From a bacterium (lineage in GTDB: Bacteria > Auribacterota > UBA3054): a stretch of DNA of 39,123 nucleotides. Location of the stretch: positions 1-39,123 of the forward strand of contig JAFYHD010000115.1 of the NCBI GenBank assembly GCA_017539325.1. The letters run 5' to 3'. Of this stretch, positions 36,601 to 39,123 are shown piece after piece (position 1 is the first letter of the stretch; each line of letters starts with the position of its first letter). Made by a program: the position numbers and the translations under genes. The notes under the pieces are model-generated. The model worked only from the letters and a program-made list of their open reading frames with translations. It was not told the origin of the DNA and made no database searches.

Positions 36601-37679
36601 CCCCAGAACTTCGCCCGGGCTATCAGGTCGTTCACTTCCGTCAGGGCATCCATGGCGCTCATCTTCGTGTGGGCATGCAGCTCCACGCGGTGTTCAGCGC
36701 TCTTTTCAGGCGGAGTGGGATCGTCCGCGCGCAAAATCGTCTCCGCCCTCAGGAAAAGCTCGCCGCTTCTCTGGTCAGTATCCAATGAGCCTAAAACTTT
36801 CAGCCACTCCCCTTCCTTGATCTCGCCCACGAAGATCTTCTCCTGGCTGCCCCACTTGGGCATCTTGAAGATCTTGACGGCAACCGCGTTCTCACCGTCG
36901 GAAAGGAAGGCGGTGTTGGGCCGACGCTCACTCTCCTCGTTGGCGTAGGAGAAAACTTTCCCTTCCACGAGGACTTTCTGTCTGCCGCCTTCTTTTCCGT
37001 AAAGGTCGCGCATCGCCGTTATCGTAAACTTTGAGGGAATGGCGCCGGAGCCGTAAACGATCTTTTCTGCCTCTTCTTTCTGCTTGGCCAGTTTCGCGGC
37101 AATTTCCGCCTCTTCTTTTTCCTTCTCCTGGTCGTGCTCGCTGCTGAAGTCGCCGGGCACGATCTTGACTTTGCCGGCGAAGCCCAGGCAGACGCCCAGC
37201 AGTTCCGTCAGCTTCGCGTCCACAAGAGCGCCAACGGCCTCCTTGGCCGTCAGTTCCCCGTCCACTTCCAAAAGAATGTCGCCGCCGTCTTCCAAGACGT
37301 GGTGCTGCTCTATAAGCGCAGCCTTGTGCCCGCACATGGCGAAGGCGTAATTTAAGATCTCCTTGAAGTGCACCCGGAAGAACTCCAGGGGCGAGGGCGC
37401 GCTCCCATTCTCGTACAGGGGAATTAACAAAATTTTTGGCCGGCCCTCCTCGGGCAGATTGTCGAGCATCTTTCTAAGGCTCTGCTCCAGGGCCAGGACC
37501 AGTTCCGCCCAGCTCTTGTCCTCGGGCAAAGCGGTCAAAGGCAGTTCCAACTCCCAAATATGCGTGTCGTCGTCGATGCCCAAACGCAAGTCGCCGGGCT
37601 TAAGGAAAGAAGTGGCGGAGCCCTTTAATGGCAGGCTTCCGAAAAGGTCAGAGGGGCTGATAAACAGATACGACTTCAT
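33660..37679 (-). CDS. polC: DNA polymerase III PolC-type, lacking the inserted 3'-5' exonuclease domain
   Basis: OB domain before the PHP domain (RVELHAHTKMS); GSRGSVGSS; Zn finger CPKC..CPVC; PDIDLNF; KRTTGQHPGG; KLDILGH; YMFPKAHA; C-terminal QLSLF. Confidence 0.95.
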   Translation of the reverse strand: MKSYLFISPSDLFGSLPLKGSATSFLKPGDLRLGIDDDTHIWELELPLTALPEDKSWAELVLALEQSLRKMLDNLPEEGRPKILLIPLYENGSAPSPLEFFRVHFKEILNYAFAMCGHKAALIEQHHVLEDGGDILLEVDGELTAKEAVGALVDAKLTELLGVCLGFAGKVKIVPGDFSSEHDQEKEKEEAEIAAKLAKQKEEAEKIVYGSGAIPSKFTITAMRDLYGKEGGRQKVLVEGKVFSYANEESERRPNTAFLSDGENAVAVKIFKMPKWGSQEKIFVGEIKEGEWLKVLGSLDTDQRSGELFLRAETILRADDPTPPEKSAEHRVELHAHTKMSAMDALTEVNDLIARAKFWGHPAVGVTDHGNVHIYPDAYKQAKKLGIRLLFGVEGYLVNIPSEELKKRLESKNSGGLSKQDASDIKANTYHIILYAKNRKGLHNIYDLVSVSHTEYFYSHPLIPKDILEQYREGLVIGGACVAGELFNLVLKEDAGQISSEEFDKRFAEAQNLYDYFEIQPLGNNVFLKSKVEYPKIKSNDDLVRLNKKIVELGEKYGKPVCATCDVHILEEKDALARKILQVGQGYDDETEAPLYFRSTDKMLEEFSYLGEEKAKEIVITNTKKIAESLEDLQPIPDGFHPPKVENAEQRLRDLCYGKLHAVYGENPHKIPLMRLEREIGSIIENHYADLYMLAQMLVQKSLSDGYIVGSRGSVGSSFVAFLSGITEVNSLPAHYVCPKCHKTEFVGYDDEGEPRATPLNGITQTIGIDLPDRKCPVCGETMGRFGFDIPFETFVGYKGDKTPDIDLNFAGEYQSQAHRYTEKLFGIENVYRAGTIATLQSKTAYGFVMKYLDETGLKMPAAMKEYVIFQLVGVKRTTGQHPGGMIILPKGELITDFCPVQYPADKKDAQNKITHFDYHKMESQLLKLDILGHDVPTQIKLLSDYLGFDVTKLELNDPAMLSLFTSVEALGVKPEDIDSNTGTLGIPEFGTNFVRGMLMDAKPKNIEDLIRISGLSHGTNVWLDNAQSLITNLKLTLSDVICTRDDIMLYLKGRGMEPFHAFKIMESVRKGKGLKPEDEEAMGKVKVPDWYVDSCKKIKYMFPKAHAVAYVLNAARIAYCKVHYPLAFYATYFSIKRDHLNSTLVSKGLKAVRQELYSLRNKGKDATANDQASIEILELAQEMYARGFEMMPLDIYKSHPTKCLIKDGKILPPLNSIPGLSEAVAASIVKAREEVGTFSNQEEFQRLVGCNSTLLAAMNKDGLLGDMPESSQTDFFSMFSSPAPKQEEKAPEAETYVKPNTLTPKPEPKVQENAPTPPPPEEPKAEPEPEPDTQLSLF

Positions 37680-37687
37680 CTCTACCC

Positions 37688-38356
37688 TTATTCGCCAAGT
37701 TTCATGAATTCAGGGTGGATGTAATTCTCGTCGCACTTCATTGTGTAGGTCACTTTGCCTTTGGAAGTGATCTTGACGTTGTGGGAGACGCCCACTTCCT
37801 TGAATTTGCTCACGAAATTCTTGCCTTTCTTCTCGAGGAAGTAGTCAGCCTCGAAAAGGTAGTCGCTCGGGTAGCTATGATCCAGAAGCTGGAGGCCGTA
37901 GCCCTCGTCGAATTTAGAGGTGTCGACATTCTTGAAGGTGCCTGAGCATTTTATGGAGGAGGAATAGCAGTTGACGCATTCCACCAGCTTGCTTTCCAGA
38001 TCCTTAGTAGCGCAGTCCCTTATGGCCAATTTCAAGGGATAGGTGCTGATTTCGTTGAATTTCAATTTCCCGTTCTTTTCTTTCCAGGAAATGTCAAAGA
38101 GATTGTCTTTTTTCCCGAAATCGAAAGACTTGAAAGGCACGTTCACATAGGCGTTCCTGGATACGGTGCCGTAATACTTGAAGACTATGAAAGAGTACCT
38201 GCCCCTATCGTCGCCGTCGAGTTCCTTGATGGTCTCCGCGGAAAAGGTTCCCGTAAGCTTGATGGATGTGGTCCCCTTGAACTCGCTGCCGAAGGTCTCG
38301 GCGAAAGCCTGGGCGCTCAAAAGGAGAGCGGCAAACAAAAGCAAATACTTTTTCAT
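37688..38356 (-). CDS. Hypothetical secreted protein (paralog 1 of array)
   Basis: Signal peptide MKKYLLLFAALLLSAQAFA; AETF.S.FKG.T.IKL.GT, SIKCSG.F.NVD and TSKGK shared with 38372..39007. Confidence 0.7.
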   Translation of the reverse strand: MKKYLLLFAALLLSAQAFAETFGSEFKGTTSIKLTGTFSAETIKELDGDDRGRYSFIVFKYYGTVSRNAYVNVPFKSFDFGKKDNLFDISWKEKNGKLKFNEISTYPLKLAIRDCATKDLESKLVECVNCYSSSIKCSGTFKNVDTSKFDEGYGLQLLDHSYPSDYLFEADYFLEKKGKNFVSKFKEVGVSHNVKITSKGKVTYTMKCDENYIHPEFMKLGE

Positions 38357-38371
38357 AGTCTTCAATATTTT

Positions 38372-39007
38372 TTATAACGCGTTGGTGAATTCCGGCCTGA
38401 CGTATCTTTCGTCGCAGCTGAAGGAGAAAGTGGCCTTGCCCTTGGAGGTGACCTTGATGGTGAACTTGATGCCGTTATTGGCGCCCTTCAGGGCCAGGTT
38501 CTTGCCTACCTTCTCCAGCGCGAACTTCCTGTAGAGGAAATCCTCCTTGTTGGAGAATTCCGTGATCTGAAGCAGGTAAGCGTTCAGCAGCGGATGATCC
38601 ACGTTGGTAAAGCTGCCGGAACACTTGATGCTCGTCTTGGAGGGAGCCTCCTGCTCCAGGGTGCCCTCATCGCTCACCACCCCGATCCAGAGCAGGTCCA
38701 TGTAGCTGGTCTTGTACTGGAACTTCTTGTTCTTCAGGGTGTACTTGATGTTTTCCCCCATGCTTTCGGAAGTGTAAACGCCGGGCTTGGTCTCCGAGAC
38801 GGGCAGCGCCGAGGAGATACCGCCATGACGCTTCAATACGACGAAATTGTAGTTCGCCGGATCGTCCAGCATATGCTGGAGCTCGTCCGTTATGGTGCCG
38901 CTGAGCTTTATGGTCGTCTTGCCTTTGAAGACGCTGTCGAAAGTTTCGGCGGAGCATTCAAGGGTAAAAAGCGCCGCGAAAGCTAATAAGAAAAGCGTTT
39001 TTTTCAT
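38372..39007 (-). CDS. Hypothetical secreted protein (paralog 2 of array)
   Basis: Signal peptide; colinear similarity to 37688..38356. Confidence 0.7.
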   Translation of the reverse strand: MKKTLFLLAFAALFTLECSAETFDSVFKGKTTIKLSGTITDELQHMLDDPANYNFVVLKRHGGISSALPVSETKPGVYTSESMGENIKYTLKNKKFQYKTSYMDLLWIGVVSDEGTLEQEAPSKTSIKCSGSFTNVDHPLLNAYLLQITEFSNKEDFLYRKFALEKVGKNLALKGANNGIKFTIKVTSKGKATFSFSCDERYVRPEFTNAL

Positions 39008-39123
39008 TCTTCGTCATCATCTCCCGGGTCAGGGGGAGCAGGTTCGTATTCGTAGTCTATTCTCGGCTCGACGTATTCTCCTCCGAGTTTAAAAGAGGCT
39101 GAGATATTGCCTTTCGATTTGAT
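39004..39123 (-). CDS. 3' end of a probable third paralog, cut by the window edge
   Basis: Open frame IKSKGNISASFKLGGEYVEPRIDYEYEPAPPDPGDDDEE*; SKG...YV.P matches the paralog C-termini; its TGA overlaps the ATG of 38372..39007. Confidence 0.6.
   Translation of the reverse strand: MKSKGNISASFKLGGEYVEPRIDYEYEPAPPDPGDDDEE

Noticed and set aside
413-38986. Many long antisense or alternative-frame ORFs (e.g. 5383..6735 +, 14128..15510 +, 29835..31343 +)
   Set aside because: They shadow well-supported genes; high third-position GC suppresses stops on the opposite strand; no recognisable motifs

Overview
A GC-rich chromosomal segment from an LPS-producing (diderm), probably anaerobic, glycan-degrading bacterium. 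Almost all genes are on the minus strand. In window order: a candidate small RNA; a Fur/PerR - flavin-reductase-rubredoxin - rubrerythrin oxidative-stress operon; two tandem ~1070-aa secreted hydrolase-like paralogs; an envelope operon (YnbE-YdbL fusion, ackA, sppA, LolA-like/thioredoxin-fold protein, CPBP protease-LpxL acyltransferase fusion, waaF-like heptosyltransferase); a divergent repetitive PEP-CTERM surface protein; a 5'-truncated ATP-binding/HTH gene; two sialate O-acetylesterase paralogs separated by an AT-rich island (membrane ORF, AlwI-family endonuclease, fused double m6A methyltransferase, RHH regulator) and a Fic gene; a GH27 alpha-galactosidase; a double alpha/beta hydrolase; polC; and at least three paralogous small secreted proteins. 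The most notable observations are (1) the CPBP-LpxL fusion in an envelope operon next to a PEP-CTERM gene, (2) a PolC without its proofreading exonuclease domain but with an intact PHP site and two clamp motifs in a diderm PEP-CTERM-bearing host, (3) a well-delimited C-rich sRNA candidate next to the PerR operon, and (4) an R-M system apparently controlled by an RHH protein. All family assignments come from motif recognition by eye; no searches were run.
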